64,000 nucleotides of DNA from Octopus bimaculoides (Eukaryota). The notes beneath the pieces were generated by a model. That model did not search any database, was not told the origin of the DNA, and saw nothing but the letters and a program-made list of their open reading frames with translations. Shown one piece after another: positions 49,631-63,705 of this stretch. How positions within the stretch are numbered: the stretch's first letter is position 1; every line of letters begins with the position of its first letter. Where the stretch lies: assembly GCF_001194135.2 (NCBI RefSeq), contig NC_068985.1:42828871-42892870 (forward strand). The letters are read 5' to 3'. A program made the position numbers and the translations under genes.

Positions 49631-51631
49631 ATTCTATCAACTACTTCTCTGTGGAAATAACACTGCTTAGTAATTGCTATTGCAGTTTTTAAAAATAATA
49701 AAATAAATAAATAGGCAAGGCAAAGTGTGTATCCAAAAGATAAGCTTAACTGAATGCCAACAACAACATAAAAATTGTGGTTTTTTGAAACTCTTTTAAA
49801 ACTTTGAAAGGAGCCATGGTTACATGGTTAAGAAGTTTGTTTTATCAGCTATTTTTTTCAGCTATGTTTTTCAGTCCTGGGTTCCCTCTCACTTTGTGCA
49901 TAACTGTATCCATGTTTGTGTTTATGAGTTTGACACACCACTGCTGATTAAAACTGGAGCATGACATTGATAATCATTGTGCTAGAATCTGTAACTCTAG
50001 ATTATCTTAATTATCATATATTTTAGCCCCTATCCCCATCCTGCCTCCACACACACAGATCTAGTCATAAATCCTGCATCAACTCAATAATAAACAGCAG
50101 TTAAGAAAATATTAATTGAGCAATTTTGTTGTTTTAATTGCATTCGCTGAACTGAGTTTCTCTGAGCTTCACTTGTACAATGAGCTTCCCTAAAACAATG
50201 TTTATAAAACTTGGCCACCATATTAATTGTAAAAAAGTCAACATTGACATATCTAACATAGCAAGTTAAAAAAGTTTAATTAACTGAAACTATAGTAGTA
50301 ATGAAAAGGGAAATATTAATCTTAATCAATAATTCTGTCAAAAAACAAAAAACAAAAAAAGCAAAGGAGATAACTCTGGAATTTCAATTGAATCTCTGAT
50401 AATGGGGTAACAACTCTGAACATGTTTCAGTTTTATAAAAACTCACTAGTGAGGTATAATGTAACTATTACTACTAGATTTTTAAATGACTGGGAAAAAC
50501 ATAGGTTTTTAATGAATGAGTAACTATTTTACATGGGTTTCTGAAACAGTGCTCCTGATTCCTGTAACAATCTGGCTTAGTCTAGCCTAGTGTATCTTAA
50601 CAGCAAGGATTTAAAATATGCTGATGGTTTAAATATTTATGCACCGTACAAAGAAATGCTTAAAGCCGAACATGAAACCACATGACTGGGAAGTGAACTT
50701 CTTAACCACACAGCCATGCCTGCACCAAAATTAGATTTTTAAAATTGCACATCAAGATCAGTAGTTGTAAAGTTTTTTGGAATAGTCAATATAAATTTTC
50801 ATGTCAACTAAATATATAAACCACTAAATTAAGTTTTATAAGATACAACAGAAGATAACAAGTGATCTTGTCAATAGGGTATTTGTGACTCATGGGTTCT
50901 TATGTTCAAAGTTTCAGAAGTTAATATAACAGCTAATTCATGCAGTGAAAGGAGTATAGAAATATACACTTTTTGCAGCTTACAAAGTGTGTGTGTGTAA
51001 GAGAGAGAGGGAATTGGCTTTGGGATTGAGAATGCACTTAGGTTTCAAAATAAATTGTAGTGTAAAAAACTTTCTTATAAAATTAAATTTAAAAGAAAGG
51101 AAATGCAGAGAAAAAGCTCATTTGCAATAAGTTTCATAGCAAAAAAAAAAAAAATTTTTAGTGTATTTTATTGCTTTGAAACTTTTTGCTGTGCATTTTC
51201 TTTCTCTAAATTTACACCTTATGTTTCATTTACCATTGGAGAAAAAAATAATAACTGTTGAAACCAGTGCAGTATTTTAATAAATATTTTAAAATTTAAT
51301 AAAATTACAGTTAATTTTAAGACACAGGTGAATTTTCAACTTCAAAGCCAGTTCTCCTATATTCCCAGTTGTGTGGAAGTAAACATCTTTTTTCCTATAT
51401 AATAATCAACTTTCAACTTCCATGTTCTATGCTGGCTATGGGCTGGATTATACGCCAACATGAAACATGGACATTAAATTATGATGATTATATATCTATA
51501 TTTCATGTTATGTTAAGAGGTAATGCACAATACCAGAATTTTTAACAAGAGTCAAATATAACAGACTATTCCAAATCATTGTTAGAGTATCCATGTAAGT
51601 GGAGTGAAGACCAGTTAGTTTGTAGTTGTCT

Positions 51632-51897
51632 TAGTTGTAATAATGAAATCAAACCAAGTAGTGATATTTTGCAATCATTTGATACAGATGTTTCAGGTTT
51701 ATGTAATAGCCAACTTAATGCTCTAAACACATATATATTACAACATTTGTGTCAATTTCTTCATACTTTTGAAATGCTTTACTGAGGGAGGTTTATGTAA
51801 TGGATCCATTTCCCACTATATATTATGCAAGCCTGAAATGTATGTATTAAATGATTTCAAAATATCACTATTTGGTTTGACTTCATTATTACAACTA
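51632..51897. mobile_element. Fold-back element/MITE with 77-bp arms
   Basis: 51632-51708 is the reverse complement of 51821-51897 (outer 54 bp match 50/54). TA at both ends. Confidence 0.75.
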
Positions 51898-51953
51898 TAT
51901 ACAGACATATAAAACATATATACCAGCACAGAACATGGACGTTAAATGATGAG

Positions 51954-52021
<68 letters not shown>

Positions 52022-52227
52022 ATGCATTAATTAATCATGACATATAAAACCCATGTCACTATCAATACCAAACATGCTTTCTTTAAGACAGCATGTTCAC
52101 TGTATATGCATAAATATTCTATTAAAAATAGCAATGAAAATACACTTTAAACATGTGTGCAGCTGACAAGTAGATATTCAGAAAATATATTTGCAGCCAT
52201 AAAGAGAATCAGAAACAACTGCCATAC

Positions 52228-52402
52228 TTTTTGCTTACTCTCGGAGTGGTTGGCATTAGGAAGGGCATCCAGCTGTAGAAACTCTGCCATCAGATTGGAG
52301 CCTGGTGTAGCCATCTGGTTTCACCAGTCCTCAGTCAAATCGTCCAACCCATGCTAGCATGGAAAGCGGACGTTAAACGACGATGATGATGATGATGATG
52401 AT
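52228..52402 (+). mobile_element. Family D retroposon, well preserved, with (GAT)n tail
   Basis: ctcggagtggttggcattaggaagggcatccagctgtag...catggaaagcggacgttaaacgacgatgatgat. Confidence 0.85.
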
Positions 52403-54969
52403 GTTCATTAAATAATGCATAAAGCTGCTGAAGGACAAACGGAAGGGTGAAAGATTCCTATTTGATAAACCAGTCAGTTATCTTCATCAAATTTCTATTC
52501 TTCATCCATTTAGAAACATAAGTGGTATCATGTGATAAAACAAGAATTAATGTTCTATTTTTTGGAATGTGAAAGCTAAACTGTCTCATCTCTTTATTTC
52601 TATGATAATTCACTGACATCTAAGCATCGTCTTAAAGTTGTTTCCTACTTTGACAAAGAGTACAAATATTTTTTTTGCTCCTTAATGATCTTAGTGAGCA
52701 GGAAGTGAATGTGACCATTATCTTCATAATCCTCCCAACATTGGTCACATTAATGAGGCTGATGTTTAACATCAACATTTATACACTAACATATCCAGTT
52801 TTATATTTTCTGTTTATAATTTTCCAACTATATCATTAATTATAGAACCAATACAGATCAGTTTCTAATTAATGTTGCTGATTATCCAAATTCTGATTTA
52901 TAGGCTGTCCACCAATTTCTTTTGTAACCTACAGGTTGCCAGTTACTGCTGTGACATAAACACTTCCATGTCTTTTTTTTAATTATCTCCACATGTTAAG
53001 CTTAACACAATTAACTTAGATAATTTCAAAACATATTAAGATAATATTACTGTGATGGCTAATGAAATTATTTCAAATTATTACAGTATCCCATATAATA
53101 TCTTACTTAAATTGCTAGTTATTTACAGAACATCAAAAGATTCTTCTAGTAGGGAATTTACAATAAAATTTATTAAATACATTAATGGTTCTTATAGATT
53201 CTAGACATTTAGAAGAAGGCAAAAATAACCTAAATGGATTTGAACTCAGAACATAAAAGTAACTAAATATAGTATAGTATCTAGAGCTATGTGTTTTCAC
53301 TATTACTTCTTTCACCTTATTTTACTGTGGCCCAATGGAGAAATCCTTGAAATGGTCATTTAGAAATAGCTGTGAAATTCCCCTTAAATCAAACCCTACT
53401 GTCCTAAAACGGAAAGACATCTTGTTAAGCCAGCTTTACATAAAGTGTGTCTGAATAAAAGAGATGGTGGCCATAACAAAAATGCCTTTCTTTATGGATC
53501 TGTTTGATATTGACTAAGCTAGAGGGCTAAACAACAACAAAAGAAATCTTTAAAAGAATAAAAGAGTTTTTCAGCAAAAATGCCTGAAATCTTGTAGTTT
53601 TACCAAAGACTGAAAAAACAAAGAATTACTAATCTCTTAGTTTCACAAAAGCCCAAATTACAAAGAATTAGCTATGCCTTCTGGCTTTGCCAAAGATTGG
53701 GTAACCAAGAATTAATGATAACATTATCTACAATTATAATAAGTGGCTTTTACTATATATGTCAGTGTGAGTGTTTGTAAAATGTATATACATGTGAGTG
53801 AGTAAGCATGTACACGGTAAGAAAAGGGATAAATGAGAGTGAGAAGAGCAAAGGCGAGAAGGAATGAAAAGAGCAAGAAATAGGAATGAGAGAGTAGATA
53901 TCAATTCCTGATATAGGATAAAAAAAAATATACAAAACAGATAGCATCAGTGGGCCAGTGATGACTATTAATAACTATATAGTCCTTATTTTATCTGTTA
54001 TCACACACCTTAACTGTTTTTTCTGTTACTTCATCTAATATCACATGTTAACGATGTATGTTATTTTATCCAGGGCCCTATCCACTCCCACTGTACCCAA
54101 CAGTGCAGAATTCAAAGGAAACTACTCTGGCAGCTCCACAGGGCCAGCCTATCTATACAAGAAATACATTTGTTTAGATAATCCAGAAATGAACACCAAG
54201 CCAGGTGCAGGTAGAAGATATTAACTGCAGAAATGCATACTGGATGAAAAGTGTAACGGAAAAAGAAATATGGTAGGAATGAGAAGATAAAGCATGAAGC
54301 ATCTACACAAGAAACAATTTAAATTCTAAATCTAGCTTTTATCTATGTATGGATAAATAGATAGTTTAAGCTTTTTTTATTATTAATAATCTTGAGTTAC
54401 TCTAACTTCTGCCAATATTATATAATTTTATATAAATAAATACCTTGCAGTTAAATGTTTCAATATCTCAGCATTTTTTCAATGTAATATACACCACACT
54501 TTCCTGCTCTGAGTCTTCTCAGATATAATTCATGGACATCAAATTTACACGCACAAATACACAGATATTTCCTTGTTACAGTGTAATTTTTAATGAATAA
54601 TTGGACAGATGGACTGAGTTTCATGTTTTACCAAGTCTCAAACAAAACAAATCAATCAACCAAACTTATGTTTATATATGAAAGGAAAACTGTTGAAAAA
54701 GATGTGGCCATAAACAACAGAAAACCTTTTGATGAGTGAACGAGGGTGTAAAAGTTTGATATACGTCTGTGTATAGTTTCAGATTGCATTTTGAAGCATA
54801 GAAAAATATGAACTCTTTTTACAAAGTTGCTCAAATACAATAAAAGAAAATGCTATACATATTATATATATATATAATAATATAAATAATATATAGATAT
54901 ATGCATATATCCATACATATATGTACATCCCTACATCTACATGTATACATACATGCATATATGGGTACA

Positions 54970-55130
54970 GGACATAAAAAAAAAAAACGTTAAACACAAT
55001 GAGAAACGAAAACAGAAAACGAACTTTTTCCAAACAACGAAAAAAACAAACAGAGAAACGAGACATGCAACATAAAGAGTATACCCCTTCATCAGTTGTC
55101 CCTGTTCCATTTACTCTACATTTCATGAAG
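54970..55130 (-). mobile_element. Possible Penelope-like terminal fragment
   Basis: Minus strand has acagggacaaCTGATGAagggg followed by T-rich, CpG-containing tracts running into (TA)n. Confidence 0.35.
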
Positions 55131-56794
55131 CTCTAAACATAACAGCTCCTTATAGGAGGCTATATTGGAAATCCTTGTATTGATATTATTGATGAGGGCC
55201 TTAGAAAAAGGAGTGGCAATAAACTTACATTGATATGAGTTTTTCATTGGCATTCAGAAGATTTTATATAATTCATTGGTTAGATCTGTTAACATCCAGG
55301 AAGAACATCCAGGAAGTAGCTAACTTAATGGCTAAGGTTACGTTTAAGCCAAAATACTAAATGTATAGATAATTTTCTAATGTGCGTTCATGTGCACTAC
55401 TTTTGTTACAGCTAACCCATCATCCCTGTAAAGTTCAAAGTTTATTATTGCTTGTATGTATGTATATATATATATATATATATATATGTAGGTAAATATA
55501 ACTGAGATGTATAACCCCACAAAGTTGCTTATCTCTATGCTGTCATATAATCACATACCTGCATCAAAAGAATAAGTTAAGGCAAATTTCTCCCCCAGGC
55601 AGAAATTTCATTAAAAAGTAGTGTTTTTTTGTTTAGCATGCAGTAAGATCTCTGAATCATTATTAGCTATTTTTTATATTTCTTAGTAAATTATATAGTG
55701 AGGATTTAGATACTGAAAGGTCAACAATGTCAGATTGACTAAATCTAGGAATATACTTATTATAAATATTATTGAACCAGCTAATGACAGAGTGACTATT
55801 GTTCCATTGTTGTAGGTTTGGTGGTTTTTTTCCTAATGTTATCATTAAAGTTATTTAAAATTTTCTTATTTACTAATCATGTCTAGGACTTTGCTGAATT
55901 ATTCAACCTTCATTTAGAGCTAGATGCCATGAATGATTATTTATATACCTGCCTGAAATAAAATGTTCTTTACATGTTTTTTTCCTCCACACAAGATAAA
56001 TGATCTAAGCCCATATATATCATCATTATCATTGTTTTACCATCTACTTTTCCATGCTATATATTTTCACATATTTAGTCTAGACTTGGAGATACATAGA
56101 TACTTACATATACATATATCTATAAATATTTACATTTACATAAACATATATACACGTCTAAACTCACAACATTCATACTAAAATAATATTTCATTTGATT
56201 TGTCTTTTGGGTTTTTTTTTCATTCTTTTGACCCCCACCCTATCATCTTCACTACTGACATCTAATAACAAATTTGTCTGTGATGATGAAGATGGCAAGA
56301 ATATTAAGTATTGCAACATTTTAGTGATTAATAGCTGCATGTTATAATACCTCTTAGAAGAACTACAAAAAATACATTGGGCAGAATTCCAATAAATTAT
56401 ATAAATATATAAGTCCTTTTGGGAAAGATCTGGGAAGAGCAGGAAATAATATCAAAATTTGTCAAGAGACCAATATAGAATTCCTCAACACTATATTCTT
56501 AAATGAAGTATTTAACAGAAGGGCTCTGCCAAACCTACAAACATACCAAAAATTATCAAGATTTCTATTAACATCTTATAGCATAGATAAATACTCAAAT
56601 GCACAATACTGTACTGAGGAGGTAGGCACCTCTATCGTTATGTGTCAAGGAGGGGTTGGAGATTACATTAGCTAATAGTAACACTAAAGGTAGTGAAATA
56701 GGGATTTACTGTACACAGCAAAAGAGTAGAACATTTTGAAATTACCAAACTGAGAAATACCAGAACTATAGGATAACAGTCACAGGGATAATAC

Positions 56795-57000
56795 CCTGTG
56801 TCTTTCTGGGTCTCCCTCTTTTACCTGTTCCATCTACTTTCAGAGATCAGCACTTCTTTATGGAGCTGTCAGCGTCCATCCACATCACATGACCAAACCA
56901 GCAGTCTTCTCTTGCTTACTGCATCATTCTTCTCTAACCTTTGCATGTTCTCTGCATTCAGGGCCCACGTCTCACTACCATGTAAAATTGCTGTTTGTAT
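56795..57000 (-). mobile_element. RTE-clade LINE fragment (C-terminal region, internally deleted)
   Basis: Minus-strand remnants ILHGSETWALNAENMQRLEKND and WFGHVMWMD...KVDGTGKRGRPRKT match the RTE YGSETW and WFGHV...GRPRKT motifs. Confidence 0.8.
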
Positions 57001-57365
57001 GTATGCATGTTGAATTGCTGTCCATATTCATGCATGCTATCCATATCTACATATATTTTTTCTAACAGTGCTTGTATCAACAATATTTTTTTTGAGTACT
57101 GGATTATAGTAGCACATGGAACAATGAGGTACATGATAATTGGTTACATGATACACTCACCAGCCAGAAGACCATCCAATCAAGTATGCACAACACCTAA
57201 AACTATTACCTGGATCACATGTAATTATTCACCCTTCTGTAGAATGCACTGTACAACTCCCATGACTGTCAACTGAGCAGACTTACATGACCAGATAGAT
57301 GTACATACACATACATACACACATACCAGAAATGCAGAAAGAACAAATACTGCTAGGTAATATAT

Positions 57366-57403
<38 letters not shown>

Positions 57404-58601
57404 ACATACCAAAATAAAAAAAAATAAAAATAGATAGGACAGATATTTTCAAAGAGTCTGTAAAAACTATTTATGTATTGCACAAGGGAAACACAGCTTA
57501 ATATGTTGGACTTAGTAACTTTTCAAGAGCGGGACAAGTTCAGTTACTCTCACTTATAACTGGTAAAACCAGATACAAAATATGTCTGCCTTATAATGTT
57601 AGCCTCACACACATACATCACAGCTATCTGTTCTAATATTTGATGGGTAGTGGGGGGGGGGGGGTGTAAGAGTGTATACCAGTTCATACTAATTAGCAAA
57701 ACATTAATCAGCTGAAAGATATAGCTCCCGCTACTACCTCACCTGTAATTGATAAACCACAGGTATTGCTTTTAAGAAGATTCAAGCTGACCACAGCAAC
57801 CTTATAAATTATATAAGTTCCCCAGTCACTGCTATTTATAGCAATGAACTGTACTTCCTCATCATAGTTACGTAACAAGGTGGACTTAGCTGCTGCTGAG
57901 AGAATTAAGTAGCTTGACCAGCAACATAACAGTAATGGAATACAAATAAGACAGACTTGAACTATTTGTTAAGAACTCCTTGAACTTGTAACCTTAGACG
58001 AGATGACACACAGATCTCCTTTTAATTATGGGTAATGAAGCAACAGTACTTGAGAAACAGACTGAAACAAACAAAACCGTAGAATTTCCCCAGATATTTT
58101 CACAACTGAGAGAGTAAGAACACTAAAGTCTATTGTTTACAGAATTACAAGCGGTGAAACAGCATACATTAGATCTACAGAGAGAAAATGAAGTGGTTAC
58201 AAAATAAAATATAGTTAATAGAGAGAGTCAAGAAATTAATTCAGCTGAGCTGATTGATTTTTAGAGTCAAGTGGAGGAATAAAAAACAACAAACAAGTAA
58301 TGTTAGCTAGATAAAAACCTTGTAGAGTAAATGTTTGTTTAAATGCCATATTTTTAGGGAAAAATTAGTCCCACTTTGTCAGAAGAATAGTTAGAATGGT
58401 GATCTAATAAGTGAATGGTCAAAACTTCACATCCTACAATAAAAGTTGTCCATACCAAAATATCGGAACTTACAAGCAGGATTAGGTTCCTGGAGCAGCT
58501 AGGAATGCAGTAAATCAAAATAAGAACTGACTTGCTTCATAACAACCTATCCAAAAAATACAAGCATTGATAAAGTGCACATAGAAATTATAGCAATAAT
58601 G

Positions 58602-58636
<35 letters not shown>

Positions 58637-59160
58637 AATTGAGTTATTCCTAAACTATGTAGTGCTTGTTATATGTTTTATGAATATCAATGCAGGTATG
58701 GTTATATGGTTACAAAGTTTGCTTTGCAACCACATAGATCCAGATTCACCCCCCACCCCCACCCCTGCTGTATGGGCTATGTCTTCTACCATAGCGATGA
58801 GTCAACCCACTGCAAGTGAAATTTGGTGGACATAAACTGCAATGGATGACAAATTCAGTGCATTTGAACAAAAAACACTATGTAGTATTTGGCTTTATAT
58901 AGATCAATCAACATTGTGTTTAGTCCTCCTTTAAGGTGAATAAAGTAAGTATCAGGCAAAACAATGGTGATATATTTGACAAAAACCATTGAAAATGGTG
59001 CACCATTACAGCCACAGTTCAACACCTGAAAAGCAGTTATCTAGTTTCCAACAAGACTCTATCCTACATCACTATACAAAGTGTAATTTATATTAATATC
59101 TAATTTTTAGTTAAACTGTACCAACATTATCATGTAATATCTAAATGACATGAGTATCCA

Positions 59161-59420
59161 ATCTGTAGCTAGACTTTACTGACATCACTATACAAATATT
59201 AAATGGTACCTCTTTAGTGTACAGTCTACTTGGCCACTTACACATTAGTGTGCAGTCTACCTAACCAGTTACACTTTAGTGTGCAATCTAACCATATCAT
59301 TTAGCCTAACCCAACTCTAAACCCAAACTTCAACCCCTAACTTAACCATAAACTTTAACCCAAATCAGGTGATTTCACAGTATAGTCTACAGATACTGCA
59401 AAAAACAGCACACTAAAGTA
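59161..59420. mobile_element. Inverted-repeat element with a degenerate CCCTAA tract
   Basis: Imperfect IR atctgtag..act.tactg...atcac versus gtgatttcacagtatagtctacagat, three ttagtgt(a/g)ca repeats with an inverted copy at 59408, and a cctaaccc-like tract at 59324-59362. Confidence 0.5.
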
Positions 59421-62400
59421 GCACTGATTAAACTACATGGGTATCTAACTTCAAACTAGACTCTACCAAGATCCTTATACAAAGTCTATACCAAACCCTG
59501 AAATAATAAACCAAAAATCTACTAAATGCTGCTGAAATTACAGAGCTTCTTTGATAGAATCACAACAAAGTTTTGAAACTGTGTATTACATCTGTATTTT
59601 TGGATAAAGTGTTCAGAAGTTCATTTACTTCATGGTTCCAGAGCAATAAATAAATAAATAAATAAATAAATAAACATGAGTAAATAAAATATTTCTAATT
59701 CTCTCCTCCTCTCTCTTTTTTTTTTTTTTGCTTTTTGCAGATAATGTTGGCACGTCTTAAATAGTATTCTTGTTGCTCATATTTTTTCCATTCAACTCAA
59801 GACGTACACCTCCACAAAACACCTCAGAAAATTTATCTCAGTTTTGTTTCACTTCTTTTCATTGACAAGAGTGAAATATTTGGCATTTACTTATTTTATT
59901 TTCTCGTTAAGAATACACTCTTAGCAAATTCCTTAGTATTATACTTTTTTTATTTTTACATCTATACATTTCTATAACTGATGGGTTGTTTGGGTCTGCT
60001 AATTTTCAAATTTCTTAGTATTATAATTATTTTATTTTTGATCTATGCATTTTTATGTCTTGTGTTGATTGGGTCTATGTGTTGCTAACTTTTCAAATTC
60101 CTAACTGAAAGCATTTTTACAATCTGATTTTCTATCCTTATAAAACTATTTATGATTGGAGATTAATATTAATTTTCGTTGGATACACTAAATTAAGGGT
60201 AGTGATGTACTTTAACTAAATGGAAGACATGATCAAAATGATTAAGGGGCTAATCAACTGATCCCTACAGGATTAAACTTCACCACAATGAAAGAGTCTC
60301 TATAACATTGCTTAGCTTGCTAGAAATAGCAACCAAATCTCCCAATTATATCAAAAAGTGTACATTGGATAATCTAGAGACTCCTAAATGATATGCTGGT
60401 CATGGCTGGAATGTCTAATTATAGTGATCTTGGGTTAACCAACAGCAATAACAATTTTACTACAAAACAAGGTGTGTGTGTGTGTGTATTGTGTGTGTGT
60501 GTATATTGTGTGAGTGTGTGTGTATACACACACATATATATACACATAATAAAACATACAGATAAGATAAGAGAAGAAATGGATCAACATGTAACAATTA
60601 GATGTACATACACGTATTTAAATGTATACATATGTACACACACACACATATAACAAATATACAGAAGCATACATAATGCCTTAAATTAATGGTTAGAAAC
60701 ATACAAGCACACACACACACACACACACACACATGCTAAAATTAACAAATCCTTAAGCTTCTTTCAGCTTTATCATTTACTTATTTCATGTTTGTTTTCA
60801 TACAATTCTCTTTTTTCCTTTACCTTTAATTAATAAAGATGTTGGAATCCATTTCAAAACATGAAAAAGGGTCACAGTAAGTGAATTAAATGAAGAAAAA
60901 GTTATCCAAGACCAACCACTCACACAAACAGCCATTCACCTCATAAAGTTATTTCACAGTTGAATAAACAAAGATATCAGATGACTTATGTTAACATGTT
61001 ATTTATCAGGTGAGATCTTCGCTAATATATCCTGTCATCTGTTGGTCACGTGAACAACAGTTGCAATGGCTGCTAATTGAAATGGCTTATGTAGTTTGAA
61101 CAGAATCTAAATTGTAGCCACTGAATGTATGAGAAGAAATACACAGGTTAATTCCAGATAACTATATTTGTTTATATCATAAGGAGAGAGACAGACAAAC
61201 ACACAAACAGATATGAATGTGGGCAAAGTTGTGGCATCAAATGAACTTGTTCAACCCAGTTTAGTAATTAGGAGGAGTGGAATAATCATCATCACACCAC
61301 CACAACTACCAATCATCACCATAACAAGACCATTAGTATCACCACCACTACCACCACCACCACCATCAACGTCCATGACCACCATTATAAATGTCAGTAT
61401 CACTACCATCATCTTCAGCAACAACAAGTGACATTACAAAATACAGAAAGTACAAAGTCCATAATCAGTGGATCATTAAATTTAGTAATTTCAGTTTCCA
61501 GGGCAAGAGGAGAGGAACAAGAACAAGTCCTTAAGTTACTTTATGAATTAAATCGTTATTAAACTTTTAACCCTTGAGAGGAATTTATTCCTTTTTTAAT
61601 AAGGTTAAACTCTAAATCTTCATTAAACAATCAGATCTGATAAAATATCTACATCTGAGGCATTGTGGGTCAACAATAAAGGTTTGCATTTCTAAATTCA
61701 AGGTTTTAAGGCTCCCCATATAATTACCTTTTTTCTCGGGCCAGGTGAGAAGATGACAAACTGAATAAAAGAGAGGTGAGAATATGTGACGTTATGACTT
61801 CTTCAAGGACTTTATCAGCATAAATATATTTATACTGATATATTGTGTGTGTGTGGGGGTATGTGTGTGTGTGGAGGGAGGAGAAAAAGAATTATTATTA
61901 TCACACCACCATCAATCAGCACCACCACTATCACCACTATCTTCAATGAAGAACCAAATCTGAGTCAAAGACTTATATAGTCTGGAAATAACCATTTACC
62001 ATACACTTGCTCACTTCATGTCTCAAAAATGTTGCATTATTTGTCGAGGTTTAATATAGACAGGTTGGGTTTAGCATAGACAGACTGTGCTTAGCATAGA
62101 TGGGCTGGATTTAACACAGGTAGGCAGCCAAAGATTAGGCTTCATACTATCAGAGCCATTGTTTTTTGATATTTGAATAGTCTACAAACCATGAAGTAGA
62201 GTGGTTATCTTTTTGCCAGCCAAGCCATCTATCTAAGGAAAATAATGTTATGAGCTTTATCCAGGAACACAACACAATACCAGTGAACCAACAGCAGAGC
62301 TTCTGCATAGTTACTTGATTTGTTAAAAATAGTAGCTTAATCTCACTCGAATCCCACCCAAATGTTGGGAAAAAAAATTGGAACAACATATATACTGTGT

Positions 62401-62504
62401 CTGCAAATAAGATGAGATATCCTGTTTTGCATGTCACTCCACAAAATTTAAGGACAATATAATTATCCTTATCTTCATTATTAATAATAATTACTATTAT
62501 AATA

Positions 62505-62930
62505 GTGGTTTCAAGTTTTGGCACAGGGTCAGCAATTTCGGGGAAAGGAGTAAGTCAATTACATTGACCCCAGAGTTCAGTGTACTGAAAGGATGAAAGG
62601 CAAAGTCAACCTCAGTAGAATTTGAACTCAGAACGTAGACAGATGAAGTGCTATTAAGCATTAATAATAATTATTATTATTATTAGTAGTAGTAAAGACT
62701 ACTACTACTGTTAAGACAGCAAGCTGGCAAAAATGTTAGAGCATTAGATAACAATTACTTGCAGTATTTGTTCTAGGTCTTTACATTCTGAGTTCAAATC
62801 TTGTTGAGGTCGGCTTTGCCTTTCATCCTTCTGAGATTGATAAAATTATATAACAGTCACGCAGAGAGGCCAATTTAATCTACTAAGACTGACCCCTACC
62901 TCCCAAAATACCTGTAGCTTTGTGTACATG
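62505..62930. mobile_element. Head-to-head pair of family C SINEs (minus 62505-62662, plus about 62712-62930)
   Basis: gatgaaaggcaaagtcaacctc...tttgaactcagaacgtagac faces gtctttacattctgagttcaaa...gaggtcggctttgcctttcatc. Confidence 0.8.
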
Positions 62931-63494
62931 TTATAAATTATCATTAAATCCTAGAAACAATGGAGCACCAGACAAAATAATTTGTACTATCTAGATATAA
63001 ACTTTTATATTCTAAGTTCAAATCCTGCCAATCTAGGCAGTGAATCAGCAGATTTGTCAGACTCATGTAGAATGTATCATGATATTTGGACACTCTGTAC
63101 TTTGAGTTGAAATCCTACTGGCCAACTTAGTCTTCCATACATTCAGAGTCTTTAAAAAGACGTACCAGTCTAGGAGAATAGATTGGTAGAAATGTAAGAA
63201 CATTGAACTGGATGTCTTGAGGTATCTGTTTGGGCTCTTTCTAATTTGATAGACTTTGTTTGTCATCCAATTTAACCTGCGATACTGGGTGCTATTAACA
63301 GAGTTTACTTTGCTGCAAGTATTCAAACTAGGTCTCCAGTTTGAGGATACTGTCCTTCCTTCTTCTCTGCCATCAGTCTTAGAGGTTTGGAAAGAGTTAT
63401 AAGTGCTAACTAAAAGATGAAAAAATAAATGTTGTATTTATTCAACCCCTCCAAAATTTCTAGCTTTGTGCCTACAATAGAAAGGATTACTATT

Positions 63495-63705
63495 AAAGGC
63501 AGTGAGCTGGCAGGATAGTCAGTGTGCTTTGTGAAATGCTTAATAGCATTTCTTTTGACTCTTTATCTCCTGAGTTAAAATTCTGCTGGAGCCAACTTTA
63601 CTTTGGGATCAATAAGTAAGTACCGGTTAAATACTGAGGTTGATGTAATCGACTTACCACCTCCCCTAACAAACTGCTGGCCTTATGCCAAAATTAGAAA
63701 GGATT
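63495..63705 (+). mobile_element. SINE family C ending in (ATT)n
   Basis: aaggcagtgagctggcagg...ctgagttaaaattc...gatgtaatcgac...gccttatgccaaaattagaaaggattatt. Confidence 0.75.

Noticed and set aside
51085-51215. Degenerate inverted repeat
   Set aside because: Low-complexity A/T-rich arms with only about 80% match. I could not distinguish it from chance or an old MITE.
55070-55100. CTGATGA hammerhead core on the minus strand
   Set aside because: No GAAA follows the putative stem II, so the catalytic core is incomplete.
57735-57755. ttacag|GTGAGG possible recursive splice site
   Set aside because: Weak polypyrimidine tract, and expected by chance in this much sequence.
62150-63326. ORFs of 124 aa and 87 aa on the minus strand
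   Set aside because: No recognisable homology. One starts within a SINE/microsatellite, and neither has supporting splice signals.
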